Source: Paragordius varius
Taxonomy: Eukaryota > Animalia > Nematomorpha
Length of the DNA stretch: 64,000 bases
Reading direction: 5' to 3'
NCBI GenBank assembly: GCA_964247055.1
Contig: OZ176051.1
Span: forward strand, 8,866,001 to 8,930,000
The first letter of the stretch is position 1; each line of letters starts with the position of its first letter. The position numbers and the translations under genes were made by a program. The notes under the pieces are model-generated. The model was not told where the DNA came from. It ran no database searches and saw nothing but the letters and a program-made list of their open reading frames with translations. This document shows, piece by piece, positions 37,996 to 51,900 of this stretch.

Positions 37996-39956
37996 ATGCA
38001 TAAATTAACCAGCATTCTCAGCTTCCTGATTCCCTGTGTGATTTTTGTATCAAGTCTACCTCAGAGTTCATGGAGATCATCTTTTAAGAAAAGTTTTCCA
38101 TTCTTCAATTTCGATACTACGCCCTCAACACCAAACTGTAAGTCATGTTTTGCAAATTTTATTATTTTAGCAAACAATTTCCATAATTCATGGACAAATT
38201 TTATTATTGTAGGCCAAAAGTCGAATGAATCTATTAGTTTAAAAAAATTAATTTGGTGTAGAGATTGGGTACTTTTTCGATTTACCTTATACCTAAGAAA
38301 AATCAAAAACTATTTTTCATCCATCACTAAGCACACAAATATTAAATCTTTGGGTCCTTTAGACAAATAAAATTTTATATATTATGTAGAAAGGCTAAAG
38401 TTGATACTGAATCCAACAAATTTTAAAGGGTTGAAAAAATATTTTTCTTGCTCAAGGGCCATAATACCCATTGAATTTCATAGCTGTTTGTTACTTTTGC
38501 AGATATTTATCCAATTCAATTAACTACATCAAAAAAATTTATTTTCAATTCATATAGCCATAAAAGGGGACTTTTAAGGCCGCATGCAAACCCATGGGCC
38601 GCGGTTTTAGTATTGCTGCTCTAAACTCTTCTTTTTTTTCCTATATCACAAAAAATTGAATCCGTCCTATTTTCTTCTTTAGTTTGCAAAGATTGCGATG
38701 TTAGTGTTGCCGCGGGCAGATGCTCAATGTCCATTTATGAACAGTGTCTCCCAGGTTTCTTTTGTGACATTGATAACACGTATAAGCCTGAAAAGGTTGG
38801 TTGTTGTTGTCCCATTTCAAGTAATACTTCTTTTGATGTAAATAACTTAACAACGAAAAAAAAGATATTTTTACTTATCAAATTATCAAAATTATTTTCT
38901 CATCAAAATATAGTAAAAATTGAAATTACAAAGATAAAATGTAACGATAAAAAAAGTATACCATTTTAAACTTAATTTTTTTACGTATAACTCATTGGTT
39001 AAACTGGTAAAAATGAATTAAAATTGTAAACTTATAATAATACAATCAAATAAATATTTTACCAATTGTAAAATAATTTGTTGCAGGAAAAATCAAGGTA
39101 GTTAAAAAGCATGGTTATCTTTAGAAAAAAATATTTGTCTTAACATTGTCTGGATGAATCGATTTTTACTGTAAAGCTTTCTTATATATATATTTAGCAC
39201 GTGTAACAATCCCTACGATAACGGCCACCACGGGTCTTACGACAACCACCAATGCTTCTGTAACAACTACAGCAGTAGTTGTCGGTAATATATAAATTTT
39301 TTTAAAGAACATATCTTTTTATAAATTTTATGAAATATATTTTAAAATTAAACTATTTTATTAACTCATTATAATTTATGAAATACACTTCAAATACTCT
39401 ACCTACCTCTTTTAATAATTTTGTGGGTGGGAAAATTGATAAAATTATATATTATCTATTGATTCAATTAAAAATTAATTATATTTTTATTTAATTTAAA
39501 ATGAAAAAAATCAATACTTTATATATTTGATGATGAATAAATAATGAATGTGAGCTTGAAAAATTATTTAAATAACTAAAGTAATCATTTTTCAATTTTC
39601 TCAATATTTATGTTTCTTTATAGATCATTAATAAAGATATTATTATGTAACGTATGATGGATGTACAAATAAATTTTTTATGAGACTTTTTTAACTATTA
39701 TTATATTTTGAATTCGTTTGTTTGTGTTTTTTTAGGTGTAGTGAATATTTTAGATCCTGCCCCATGTTCGGGTGGGGCTGAGGTGGATTGCATGGCGCAA
39801 ATGACTTGCGCCACAATGGTAAATTTAGCATCTTGCAGACCACCAGCTATGAGGGTATCATGTGTACCCATTGTATGTGGACTCTGTTCTGCAACTTATG
39901 TGAACGAAAATAATCTTGCCACAGTATGCGATCCTATTGCGATGATGGTTGGATAA
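37996..39956 (+). CDS. Secreted Cys-rich / Thr-rich protein B (195 aa, 4 exons), paralogue of protein A
   Basis: Exons 37996-38137 (donor GTAAGT), 38683-38820, 39198-39284, 39736-39956. All introns are phase 1 (588 nt). Signal-like MHKLTSILSFLIPCVIFVSS, CKDC...CCCP domain, Thr-rich stalk and 8-Cys C-terminal domain. Confidence 0.8.
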
Positions 39957-40899
39957 ATTTTTTGATCAATCAATCAATCAAATTGGATGTTAATTTATAT
40001 AAATTTAATTTATTTTCATAACTACAACAAAACCAAAACGAACCCTATATCTTGCCAATCAATGTATTAATCAGGTTTATGTGTCTTGAGTGCAAAGTTT
40101 TAATATGCTTTATTTTACTCGACATCGACATGTTTAATGTAATGTGCTTTTAAAATCAGGTTTTATACCATTTTTGATTACCCAAATTTATAGCCAATAA
40201 ATGATTATTTATTTACAATCGATTACACATGCAATATTTAATATAATAAATACTTTTTATAATTTACTTGAAGTTTGATTTTCTGGGTTATTAAAATAAA
40301 CAAAGTGTGGCTAATGACAAAATATTAGAAACATTTTTACAAATGCGTTAATTAAAAATATTTCTACTAAAATAACGTTTTAGCTATTTTGCTAACTGGA
40401 AAAAAATTAATTTAATAAGAGTGGGAGGAAAAAAGTTGGAAATAGGTTAAAAATATGGAGATACATAAGGATCAGATATTTTACAATTTAAAAGTTAATT
40501 ATCTTTGAAACACCTTTGAGGCAATAGGTAAAAACGGAATAAATATTTCAAAAAATCTCTTAATTCCAAAGCCTTTCTTTACAAATATCGAAGAAGCAGT
40601 CCAGGGGTTATTTAGAGAGAATTGCAATTTATAATTACAACTGTGTTTACACAAAATAACCTATATAAATTTATATATTCTGATCAGTGCCAAAACTCCT
40701 GGGGCTAGGGGGAGTAGTGCGGGGGGCCTAAGGTAAAACACGGTCCTTTTATATTATTTACATTGTATTTGGGCCCCTTTTCTATTTTGCGGGGTGGGGG
40801 GGGAGAATTTATTACCCTTTTTTTTCACAGATATGTAAGTAATGATTGCCTGAAGTATATTGACAAAGAATAAAAAGAATTATTAATGATTGAAAGGAA

Positions 40900-41720
40900 A
40901 AAAAGCGAAAAAATGCGTTTTCACTACTTCAAGCGGTTTTACAAGTTGATAATACTGCTCAACAAGGTTTTGCACCACCCCATTATTTTTGCATTTTCTG
41001 ATACCTAATGGCATGGAAAGGCCAAAACAAAAAATAAAATTGAGGCCACAAATAGGATTTTTCCGAAATTTAATTTTTAAATTTGTATTTAATTTAAAAA
41101 TAACAATCATTCCTCGTGTATATATGTTTAAATGTTCAAACGAACAAGTCGATACAAGTAATATTCCATGCATGAATAACAAAATTCTAGGCATTAAATA
41201 AGATACTAAACAAGCTAAGAGCCAAAGTATTAAAAATCTAAAAGGGGCTTATGTATAGTGTGATAGATCCGGGCGGCTGCACAAGCTCTGCCTATATCCC
41301 CCAAGCGATCCAATTATGCCAGATATGGCAAAGATAACAATAAGTAAACTTAAAGCCCGATAAGAGAGACTTGCAAGCAAAATCCAGGCAAATTGACATG
41401 TCAAATCAACCAATTCACAGAATAAAGTTAGATAAATTCTACAATTAAATTGAATAAAAAGATTAGGTAAATACAAATGGTCCAATCCCATAATAGTAAA
41501 TTCTACTAAAAGTGGCTACACAACATCCATCTGAAATTGAAAATACAAAACAACCAATAATTTTAAAAAATAAAGTATATCCACTAGGTATAAATAAAGG
41601 ATTTTTTGTAAGAACCAGCCCAAGAAAAAAAGCCTAATAAGTACTCGAAAGAACGAAAACTAACAAAAAAATATAGCCTATCTAAAAGCCGAAGGTTCAA
41701 ACCATAGAATGCCTCTTTTA
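40900..41720 (-). pseudogene. Possible NUMT, nad2-like
   Basis: The minus strand is T/G-skewed and hydrophobic. Fragments MGL/GPFVF, LTCQFA and IIGSLGGY.Q occur in the order of the ND2 motifs KxGLAPFHFW, LTWQK and GxxGGLNQ. Recognised by eye only. Confidence 0.42.
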
Positions 41721-42316
41721 GTATTTTTATATATATTTATAGGTTTTCAAAATTAACTTGAATAAAAAAGGCGGAATTTTGGCGTTTAAGTCCGTACTAT
41801 TTTTTCTATCTGATATTTAAATGACAAATTTATATAAAAGATAGAGTTTAAAACGCTTTATTAAATGATATTAAGTTTATAATATAATAACATTTTAAAT
41901 AAAGTTATATTTAATTTTCTCTCGATTTTCTCTGGTTTTTGAAAAATTGAAAAACCTATAATATTTCAAAATTCTGATTGGCGGGATCAAAAATTTTTCA
42001 CATTCGGTTTTAAAACACTGAAATTAGTCATAATTTAAAAGTTTGAGTGGTGGTGCTCAAAAATGTCCAAATTTGTCGACTAGTGTAGTTATTAAACACC
42101 TTTAAATTCTCTCCAGTTAATACCTTAAAAAAGTGAAAATATTTAAAAAATAAATAAATGAGTATAGATAGTTGACATCAAATATGAAGCTTATAATTTT
42201 CAAGTCCTAAATTATTGTGTTATTTAAAATTATGTATTTTGGTTTTATGAGAATTCACAAAATTTTATACCTCTGTTAAATTAAAACAATTACAAATAAA
42301 ATCTCATTTGCAATAA

Positions 42317-42359
<43 letters not shown>

Positions 42360-43600
42360 ATAAAAATGGGAAATGCTGGCTTTGTGATCTGTTTCCGGAA
42401 AGCTGGTGACCCATTTAAATTGAAATGTCGAAAAAATATAACCATAAATGGATGCCCCGACAATAGCTTCGCCCTTTTTTAGAATTAGGCCCCCAGTTCG
42501 GGCCTACCCCGTGTAAAAAACGGGTTTTTAAAAAATCTTCATGAAAATCGTGTCTTAGAGATAATTTTCCGCAAAACAAGTTGGACCATTCAATTTCAAA
42601 TATGATTTTTTTTACTTATTTCTGATTGCACCGAATATAGTCGGTTCGCTTTTTTTATTTAGGCCCTCTTTTTTCGCTTCCCCCCTAAAATGCCATTTTT
42701 TTTTAAAAAAAACTAAGTCCACAAAAATAATTTTTAAAACCTATTTATCGCCCAAGGTATAAATTCAATGGGATTCCAGATATTCCCTGTTTAAAGGCAA
42801 AAATAAACATGCGTTTTTTACTATTGGCTGCTGGGGCCACCATATCATAATTGCGTTGTTTAGGAGTTAATTTTCAGAAAAACTTATCAGGCCATAAAGG
42901 TTCAATAATGGCCTGAAAAATTACCCGTAAAATTGCAAAAAATTAGGTCATCCGATTTTTTTAATTAGCCGTTAATTAGACTCTTCATGCCCTAAAAATG
43001 CGCCACCATAGAATGTTTTTTTAGTTTTGAGACAATTTTTCCAAAAATTAATGAGAGCATATAGAATCAACCATGATCCTAGGTATTCTCCGTAAAAAAG
43101 CAAAGATTATAATTAAGCTTTTTTGTTTCGCCCTTGGTTAGGGGACTACCCTCGTAAAACTGCGTCACCATATCGATACAGCATGCCTTTGGAGCGGAAT
43201 TGTAATAAACCTATGATACTATCTAAGTTCATAAAGGGCCTAAAATATTTTTTACCCTTTAAAAAACTGAAATTTTACGCCCTAAAAAATGCGCCGCCAT
43301 AGAACAATTTAGTTTTGAAGCAGTATTCCAATAACTTATAGGAACATATAAAATATATGATAATTCCACTCCCCCATAAAATGCAAAATTTTCCCCAACG
43401 CTTAGCCGTTAATTTGGGGCCTTTATGCCCTAAAAATACGCCATCATATAACGATTATTTAGTGTGAGGTATTTTTTCAAATAACCCATGAGACGATGGT
43501 ATCAAAGATCCAAATATTTACCCTATAAAGGCAAAGAATTCAACTCAGCGCTTTTTCTATATAAGTCAATGAGTAGGGGTCTACCGGTTTAGAAGAAACG
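42317..43600 (+). mobile_element. Helitron-like non-autonomous element with internal tandem repeats of about 145 bp
   Basis: Begins A|TC(TA)n...TAAAAATGG like non-autonomous insect Helitrons. The motif gccctaaaaatgcgcc(a/g)ccata recurs at about 42990, 43280 and 43428. No 3' hairpin/CTAG end was identified. Confidence 0.4.
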
Positions 43601-45111
43601 CCATACAAAAATGGCGTGGTTTCGGAAATTTTCAAAAATTTAAATAGCCATACGAGTTCAGTTAAACACATTTCTGGGGAATGTATAATATCATTCTTTT
43701 CTTTAAAAACGGACCAAGAATGATTTATTTTTTATCCCTTAATCCCAGTGTGAAGACAATTTTAAAATAAAACTTTTGACCATGATTTCAAAAAACCAAA
43801 ATATTAAAATAAATCTAATGATAGTTGAATAGTAACATTAATAAGAAGAAGTTTAAATGTGGTCAATTTTTTTCTTATCCATTAAATTATAGCCGATATT
43901 GTTTGTTCCTTTATTAATTTCTGGCATAAAGAACAAAAAAAGGAGGGGAAAAGAAAAACATTGATTATAACAATATTATCTAACAAGTAATATCTATTTA
44001 ATTATTTTGCAATTTAATGGAGGACAACTCACATTAATGTGGTTAATCCATATTACAATAACAATAATTTTGTTATGGGCACTACCTTACGAGCCGAACA
44101 AAAAAAGGTTGCCGACCTCTGAACTAGAAAATTTTGGAAGTTCGCATCATGTTTTCACAATAATCGCATTGTAAAAATTTTTATTGCATAATATTTAATT
44201 AAATGATTTTTTTTATTTCTTAATGCCAAACTTAAGTAGAGTGCAAAAACGAAAAAGAGCGAAAGAAAACGCAATAAGCGTTTCAAAAATGAAAAAAATG
44301 ACAAATTTTCTAAACATTTCGACAAATGAGTCCTTTGATGCAAGTTCACACGAGAAACAAAAAACAGTAGCAATGGTGGAGATAATTTGGATTGTTCGGT
44401 CATACTATTGAGCGTAGCCCTCATGCTATCTCTAGCTCAAATGAGAAAACGGTAGTGATTAGCGACAAAAAAGTAGATAATTTGGATAGTTTAAGTCATA
44501 CTTGAGTTGAATTTATATTTCTATATTTTTATATATATTTATTATTGTTTTTGACTTTACCAGTTACGGTTGATACAGCGGAACGTTCATTCTCAAAATT
44601 AAAAATTATATTAGAAGCACGATAGCTAAAAAAAGGTTGAACAATTTATCGTTCAATTGAAGCGGATGGCGGATCAAATGGATAAAAAAGAAATAATTAA
44701 AAAATTTGCTTACTCAAAATCGAGAAAACGAAATTATAAAACATGATTTTCTGATTTATACATGCTCTTGATAAGTTATTTATTTATTTTAAACTTTAAA
44801 AATGAATTTTAAGGTTAAGGAATTGGGTTAGGATCGAATGGGTACTTAACATCATATATACAAATTTCAACAACGCAAAACTCAGGATGCCAAGTCATTT
44901 AAATTATATCATTTTTAAATATAATATTTCTTTACGAATCTAAGTGATGCACCAGGTGAAAAGATAACTGCAAAAGCTTTTTTGTGAGGGAGGTCAATAT
45001 TTAAATCTTACGGTGGACCCACAATTTATAGTTCCGCCACTGACTCTGATAAGAAAATTTATCAGAATTATAATGATGCTTTTAGGTATAGCCGAGTGAT
45101 ATAAGAATGAT

Positions 45112-46016
45112 TTTTTGTGGTAAGTGCTCCATATCAAAAAATGGCAAAATTTGAGCATATTTTTTTGTATTAAATTTTTTGTGAATGCTATATGCCTTAT
45201 TCCAAAAATAACGCTAAAAAGTATATTAAACTACCTAAAGCAAAACAATATTTTAAAATATTTTAATTTTTTGATGTGGGCTTCCAAATTCCTAATTTTT
45301 TCGGCCCTCTAGCTTGTTTTAAATTAAACAATGCCGGGATTGCGCGATAAGCTTTTTAATCATATGCTAAATTTTGACAATAATATTTTTAAAAAATGCA
45401 TGCACTTAATATTTTTAAATATAATGGAAACAGTATAAAAACGCTTTTAGATATTATAAAAACATATTTTCAATATAATCTAATGTTGCTGACATTTGTA
45501 AACCTCATAATTTCGATTAAAATATTCGTTCGTCTTCAAATTTATGTCAAATAAAATGTGTTTTTTTATAAATATTCACTGAAACCTGAAAGTAAACTAA
45601 CCTCTAAATTAAATTTCTGAAGCGATAGTCATCAAATTAAATAGGAGTGTTTTTATATATTAAACCTTTTTTTCCGTTTCCGTTGTGCTTAGATATGAAG
45701 TCCGCTTTAACATTTTGCTAAAAATTAAATTTTATAGAAAGAATGCTTTTTTAAAAAATATTTTTTTATGTTAAAATTTAGCAAATATAAACATTTCATA
45801 GCGCGCTCCCGGCATTTTTGCGTTCGTTTTAAAATAACTAACCCATTTCAAAAGAGCGAAAAATTTGGAACTTTTGGATTCCACATATGTTTTAAAAATA
45901 TTATATGGCTTATTATAGGTGGTTATATTTAAGTGCGAATGAAGCATGCGTTTACTAAAAAAATTTATAAAAAATATGGGTTCAGATTTTTCCATATGGA
46001 GCACTTACCAAAAAAG
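45112..46016. mobile_element. MITE with about 60-bp TIRs
   Basis: tttttgtggtaagtgctccatat... mirrored by ...atatggagcacttaccaaaaaa. The same right end and flank are also at about 22330-22480. Confidence 0.65.
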
Positions 46017-46863
46017 TGTAAATAACTTACCTATATCACTAAGCACCAAAACCAAAGCACCATGTAATCATAATACATTTCCCTATTAGAATTTATATTT
46101 CATCGGATTATTTTTTTATATCCCTTGATTTGGACGCAATGTTATTATACTGTTAAAGAAATTGCAAAAGATAATATGTATTTTTGGCTATCATAGGAGT
46201 GGGACTCACCAAAAGATTTTAAAGGGCCAAAACAGGGCCATACTACTGATATAAATTTATAAATGTTTAATTCATTAGCTGATATTTATACTCCAAATAA
46301 GCGTAAAATTATAAATAATTCAGAGCCATATACTTTTAGGGCCGCATTACTGTTTATTAAAACACCAAATATTTAATACCCTATTGAAAGTATTGGAATA
46401 ACCTAAAACGCAATATACAATGTAGTTTGCATTGGATAACTTTATAATGATCTTAAATGCATTATCCATAAAAAATACCTACCATCAGTTAACAACGTTA
46501 AAAAATCATTATAAAAGGGCGAAAAAATTAAAGTAAAATATTTTTTATATTATGAATTATGGATCACATAAATTAATATGAGAAAGTAGAGTAAGGGGTT
46601 CAAACCCTATTATACAGCAGTATTCATATGATTAATGATTGATATTTATAGGAATCAGGCTTTAAGATTTAGGTCTATTTTTAAAATCGAATGGGAATTT
46701 TTTTTGTATATTTTAAAAATCTATTGAAATCAATTGGTCAAAAGTTTATTTCTTCAGCTGATATTAAATCGCCAAACAGCGGCGCCAGTTTATTTAATGA
46801 AGGGGTATATTACACATAAAGTCTAACGGAGCGCATTTTCGATTCTACAAATGACCGCATTAC

Positions 46864-46866
<3 letters not shown>

Positions 46867-46923
<57 letters not shown>
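46867..46923. repeat. (TA)n microsatellite
   Basis: Direct reading. Other (TA)n tracts lie at about 2066, 2288, 6935, 24580 and 42319. Confidence 0.95.
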
Positions 46924-46924
<1 letters not shown>

Positions 46925-46928
<4 letters not shown>

Positions 46929-47560
46929 CAGTAATGACTATTGTATTAATAGATTTCAAACAGACTGCACCAATATATCATTGTAACAGCTCATGTTAAT
47001 ACCTTGTAAGGCACTATGATGAAAACAGCCGTCTGCGCTAAACCAGTAGCACTTCCCAAAAGGGAAGGAAAAAATATTAATCTTGTTTCCAGGGCCGTGC
47101 ACCATATAATCACTAAAAATTTGATATCTGTTTAACACATTTGCAGATATTTATATTCAAAATAAACACATCCAATAATTTAAAAACAATTCAGGGCCAT
47201 AAAAAGACACTTTCAGGACCGCGGTTTAAGTACTACTGCGTTATATTGTTTCAAGCATATTAGAGAATAGTGCTGGTGCTGAGATGTAATTCTTTAGGTG
47301 TAACATTTTTTAAGGTGCTAAAAATATAATTCGTGAGGACAATTTTGTGTAAAACAAGAAAAATCCGGTTGTTGATTTTAGTTTGGTTTCGTAAATGAAT
47401 TATTATGATAACAATAAAAGGGTTAAAAATCGAAGAGCTAATGATATCAACTAAAAGAACAAAGTCATAAGAATCTGGCCCTAAAATCATCAGCGAAGAG
47501 CATTACACAGTTGTTAATGGCACAAGTAATGGTCGAAATGGCATTGTTTTACGCAGCGTG
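46925..47560 (-). mobile_element. Highly decayed non-LTR retrotransposon remnant
   Basis: Minus strand has AINNCVMLFADD (RT catalytic-motif-like) and the element runs into a (TA)n tail. Confidence 0.35.
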
Positions 47561-47568
47561 CTTTAAAA

Positions 47569-47845
47569 CAGGGGTGTCAGGCGGCGCGTAGTCCTCCAAA
47601 ATATTTTTGCAGCCCTAGATAAATTTTAAATACAAAATTTTACAAATTTTAAGTAAAGTTGATTGATTTTTTTAAACAAAGTTTTGAATAAATTCCGAAT
47701 TTAGCAAATCTAGAAAAAATTGTTAAATGTTAATTAATTTTTACAGTCGTATGTAAGACAACTCGTTCATTTTCCCATATATTTAAATGTGGCCCATCTG
47801 ATTCAAAAATTTCGTCCACCAAGCTATTTGCGTTGGACAGCCCTG
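47569..47845. mobile_element. hAT-type MITE (277 bp)
   Basis: TSD CTTTAAAA / TTTTAAAA (7/8). TIRs caggggtgtc / gacagccctg. Confidence 0.75.
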
Positions 47846-48275
47846 TTTTAAAACATGGTATATTCAAAATAATGCATAAGATTAGACTTTTGAAGAAACG
47901 AAAAAAACCCGCCGTTGTAAGTGAAAAAAAGATTAAAAGCGCATCCATAACCTGAAAATATATAAACCATTTTTTTCAGAATGATAAACATGTAATGGAT
48001 ATGTCAATTACACTATTTAATTATTTTAATAATGTTGACTGTTTTTATATGGTTATAATTAAATCACGTAAAATTTAAATTGTGAAACAATTGAAAGATG
48101 AATTCATTTTTTTGGCAAAAAAACCTGTTTGATCAAAAATTTTATTTCAAAAAATATGTGAAACCAAAACCAAAAACGGTTCTGTTCCAATCCCTTGCAA
48201 TAATCATAATTTTATGATAAAATTTTTGTTTTAACAAACTTTGTTTTTTTAGACATTTATATTTTGAAAAAAAAT

Positions 48276-48470
48276 CTACCAATATATTTTGGCTAAACAA
48301 TAATATTTCGTTAAGACTTTTACCGTTCCTTCTAGCGATAAAATGCGGGCTTTTACCCGCCATCTACTTAAGTCTAATGTTGTGAAATAACGGCCATTAT
48401 GGTTGCTACTTAAGATGTTAAAAATGGTATGTAATGTAAGTAGTGGAGATTCAAATAAAAAATTACACAA
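48276..48470 (-). pseudogene. Gypsy-type RT relic
   Basis: NILSSNHNGRYFTTLDL resembles the Gypsy RT motif (...A.YFSTLDL). Confidence 0.35.
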
Positions 48471-48990
48471 AAAGAATTATTGTGTGCGTCCATTAAAATT
48501 AAATTTGAAAACGCTTTGTTTATATCAATATTAATTGTTAAATCACGTACAATATATTTAAAATTTTTTAAACCAAAACATAATAAAAATGATATATTTT
48601 ACAAGACAAATGGGATTTAAATGTCTGATAAGTCTTAACATTGAAGATCATAACTTCGAAATGAGAAAAAAAATTACGAGAATCAAAAAGCGCACATATA
48701 TATATAGTATGCATTTTAATGCTTATTTCACACTATTGCAACAGTTGTCTATTGGAAACAACAAAATGTTGTATAAATAATTATTTGCTTTCTTTTTTCC
48801 ATACATCTTGTATGCATATTGCCCTACTATAGTGTTAAATAAGTAATCATTGTTATATATAATTTGTACTATAAAATTAAATTCGTCATAAACGAGTATA
48901 TATTTGAATCGTGGATTCAATAATTAAATAACAACATATGCAAAAATAATTTATTTATTATTATGATGATAAAATAATGCATTTAAATAA

Positions 48991-51900
48991 TCATAGATAT
49001 AGGCTGGCAGCAAATATGATATCACGTTTGATTTTGGTGCAACCTAAATCATGATATGATATAATTGCAGGAATAAAAATATAAATCTTTTTATCAAGCA
49101 ATAAAAATTTAAAATCAACCTTCAGAAAATTTGTTTTCCAAATCAACATTACCAATAGCTTTAGCCGAATGATACATTTCACGCAATAATTCTTCCAATC
49201 GTCTCATACACCGAATTATACTTCCTATTTTATGATATGATATAAAATATAAAAATATCTCAAGTTTGCTCGTAAATAAGAAAAACAATTGTTTGAAATA
49301 ATTTCAGGGAATGTATACTCGTAAAATTTAATCAAAAGCTAGGAAAACCAAACTTTTTATGATATTAAAACAAAATTTCCCGTTTTTCAAATAATTCCTG
49401 GTGGCATGTATTAAAAATTTTGAACATACTTTATTTTACAAACTTTTAAGAGGATATATATATATATATCAAAATGTATTATAAAAAAAACACCACCTTC
49501 AAAAATATCAGCCATTTTTATGATTTCATGAAAACTGGAACCGCGACTCCATGCATAAACCACATCCATAATATCAGGCTTAAAACTGCTAACATAATCC
49601 AATTCATCAATTTCAAGTCGACATTCTCGGCTTACTTTGGCAACACGTCGAGCTGTTTCCTATAAAAAAAATGATATAAAAACAAAACTTCAAGACCAAG
49701 AAAAAAAAGAAATCAATATTTTTTTAACCTTTTAATACTTCTAAAAGTATGATTGCTTTTTTTCAAATACTGTTGATCATTCCTTAAGTAATTATATTTT
49801 GCCTTTTTTAATTATTTTTACTGTAAATAATAAAATGAACACAGTTGAAATTGTACATCTCTTGTATTTTTTTTACTTTTATTGCGTAATAAATTCGATT
49901 TTAGGCTAAACGATACCGCCTATTTTAGATTTTCAGGACAAACTAAAAAAAGTCTCTGTAAAAGGCTCTTAATATCATAAATAATGCCATTTTTATACCC
50001 AAAAGTACTTATTTTTCTAAATACGATCAATATTTAATATATTTTTGGAGGCGGTTCTACAACCTTAAAAAAGTTTGATGCTAATTTTTAAAAACCCTAA
50101 AACTTCAAATTAAATAAAACTTGAATCATTTTAAGTGGACCAGCCAATTCGACACTAAGTTTTGGCATTTGGGAACTTTTTTCTTGGAAAACAAAACAGC
50201 TTAACAAAGCCACAATTTGATCTGTGGTAAGATTGTTAAAGGCTCCATTGAACATTAATTCTGTTAGGACTAATTCATCGCCACTATTTAAACATATATA
50301 AAATGTATGTAAGTTATTATTAAACTTTAAAATGTAAATTAAATAATCATAACTATAATTGAATCTATTTATATGAATTTTTGATTACTACAAAACTTTG
50401 TCGAAGAAATATGCTAAGATAAAAAAAATTTACCTATATTAAAAATTAGTATTATTAAAATTGTTAATTTCCTTTTTTGTACTAATTAATATATAAAATC
50501 TTATTTTAAATTTTTTTCTTATTAAAAATTTCGGCCTCCCGATTGATTTTATGTTTACAGTTATGGGGATTATAGGCAAAAATAGATAGTTTAATTACTA
50601 ATTTAGTATGTTTTTATTTTGTTTTATTTCGAAAATTCATTTTTAAAATAAATCAATTATTGTGAATTTCAATAATACCAAAAAATAAAATAATATTTCA
50701 AAGTAAAGATAACCTATAAGTGTTATTATTTGATATCATCGTATAAAATTGAATATTTATTAAATAGTCTAAAAAACATAATATCTAATCTTTTAAATAA
50801 TTGAACAATTAAATATATAACATGGTTAATTTGTTTGCATCCATGATTAATTAACAACTGAAAAATTGATTATTCTTAAAAATCTAATAATATATTATAA
50901 TAATTAATTAATTATGGGTACCTTAAAAATTATAAATATACCATTGCATTTTTTAAAAAAAACTACACGTATATAAAAAATGGAAATTTTTATGTCAAAC
51001 TAAGGTATTAAATTTATTCACACTAAACCAGATGTTTTCAAGACAAATGGCTTTGCGGGTCGCATTTTCCACTCAAAAATTCCGACGGGCCGTATTCGAA
51101 AAATATATGGGAATTAATAAATTTTTTATTAAACATAAGACTATAAAAAATTATGAACTCGATAAAACTATTATTTATTTAAACAATGTTTGCTATCTCA
51201 TTGCCAAGATTGAAAAAAAGAAACCTTTAAAATATCAATTTTCCATTTTGTAAATAACCTTTTTCAATTATGTATGTTTATGATATTTTTTAAAAATTTT
51301 TTGGAGGGCCGTGTGTGCTGAAAACCCCTGAATTAAACCCTTAAGAAATTAAAATTTTATTCAAAATCATATTTATACGTTGATATTTCGCAAGCGACTC
51401 GCCCCTTTAGCTCTATGAGATCATCAGGTCCACAAAAACCCAGTCGACGCAAAACACTTTTACGATGTTTAAGTTCTTCCATTTTAATCAGGGAAAGCGT
51501 TTTTTGTAATTCTTTATATGCTGACGTTCTTTCTTCAACAAGCTTTGATAATAATAAAAAAAAGTAAAAAAAATTTCATAAAAGACAACCATACTTTTCT
51601 AAAATTTTATCCATAAATATATATAATTGGACTTTGTTTATTGGTGTTACCATTTTTCTCTATAAACAAGCGCAAGCGTCTGTTGATTTTGAGTTTTAAA
51701 GACTAATTTCTTTATCATTCAAAGTTGACACTTTCTTTTAAACATCCTAGTTTGTTGATTTTATAAATCTCTCATAAAAAGCCAGATATAATATATAACA
51801 TTAAAAATTAACCGTTTTTATTAATTTAATTTTTCATACAACTGTAGATTATTAATAATTAATATATTACTTAATAAAATTGAATAATAATGAAATTATA

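Larger units (their letters stand above)
40685..45042 (+). mobile_element. hAT element (ZMYM/TTF-type) expanded by internal cargo
   Basis: TSD ATTCTGAT / ACTCTGAT (7/8). Ends cagtgccaaaact / agttccgccactg. Subterminal regions and dimerisation-domain remnant (about 44550-44730) match 19783-21441. Confidence 0.75.

Noticed and set aside
44015-44170. ATP8-like short hydrophobic ORF (GQLTLMWLIHITIT...)
   Set aside because: The resemblance is only a few residues and there is no MPQ start, so it is insufficient to call a second NUMT.
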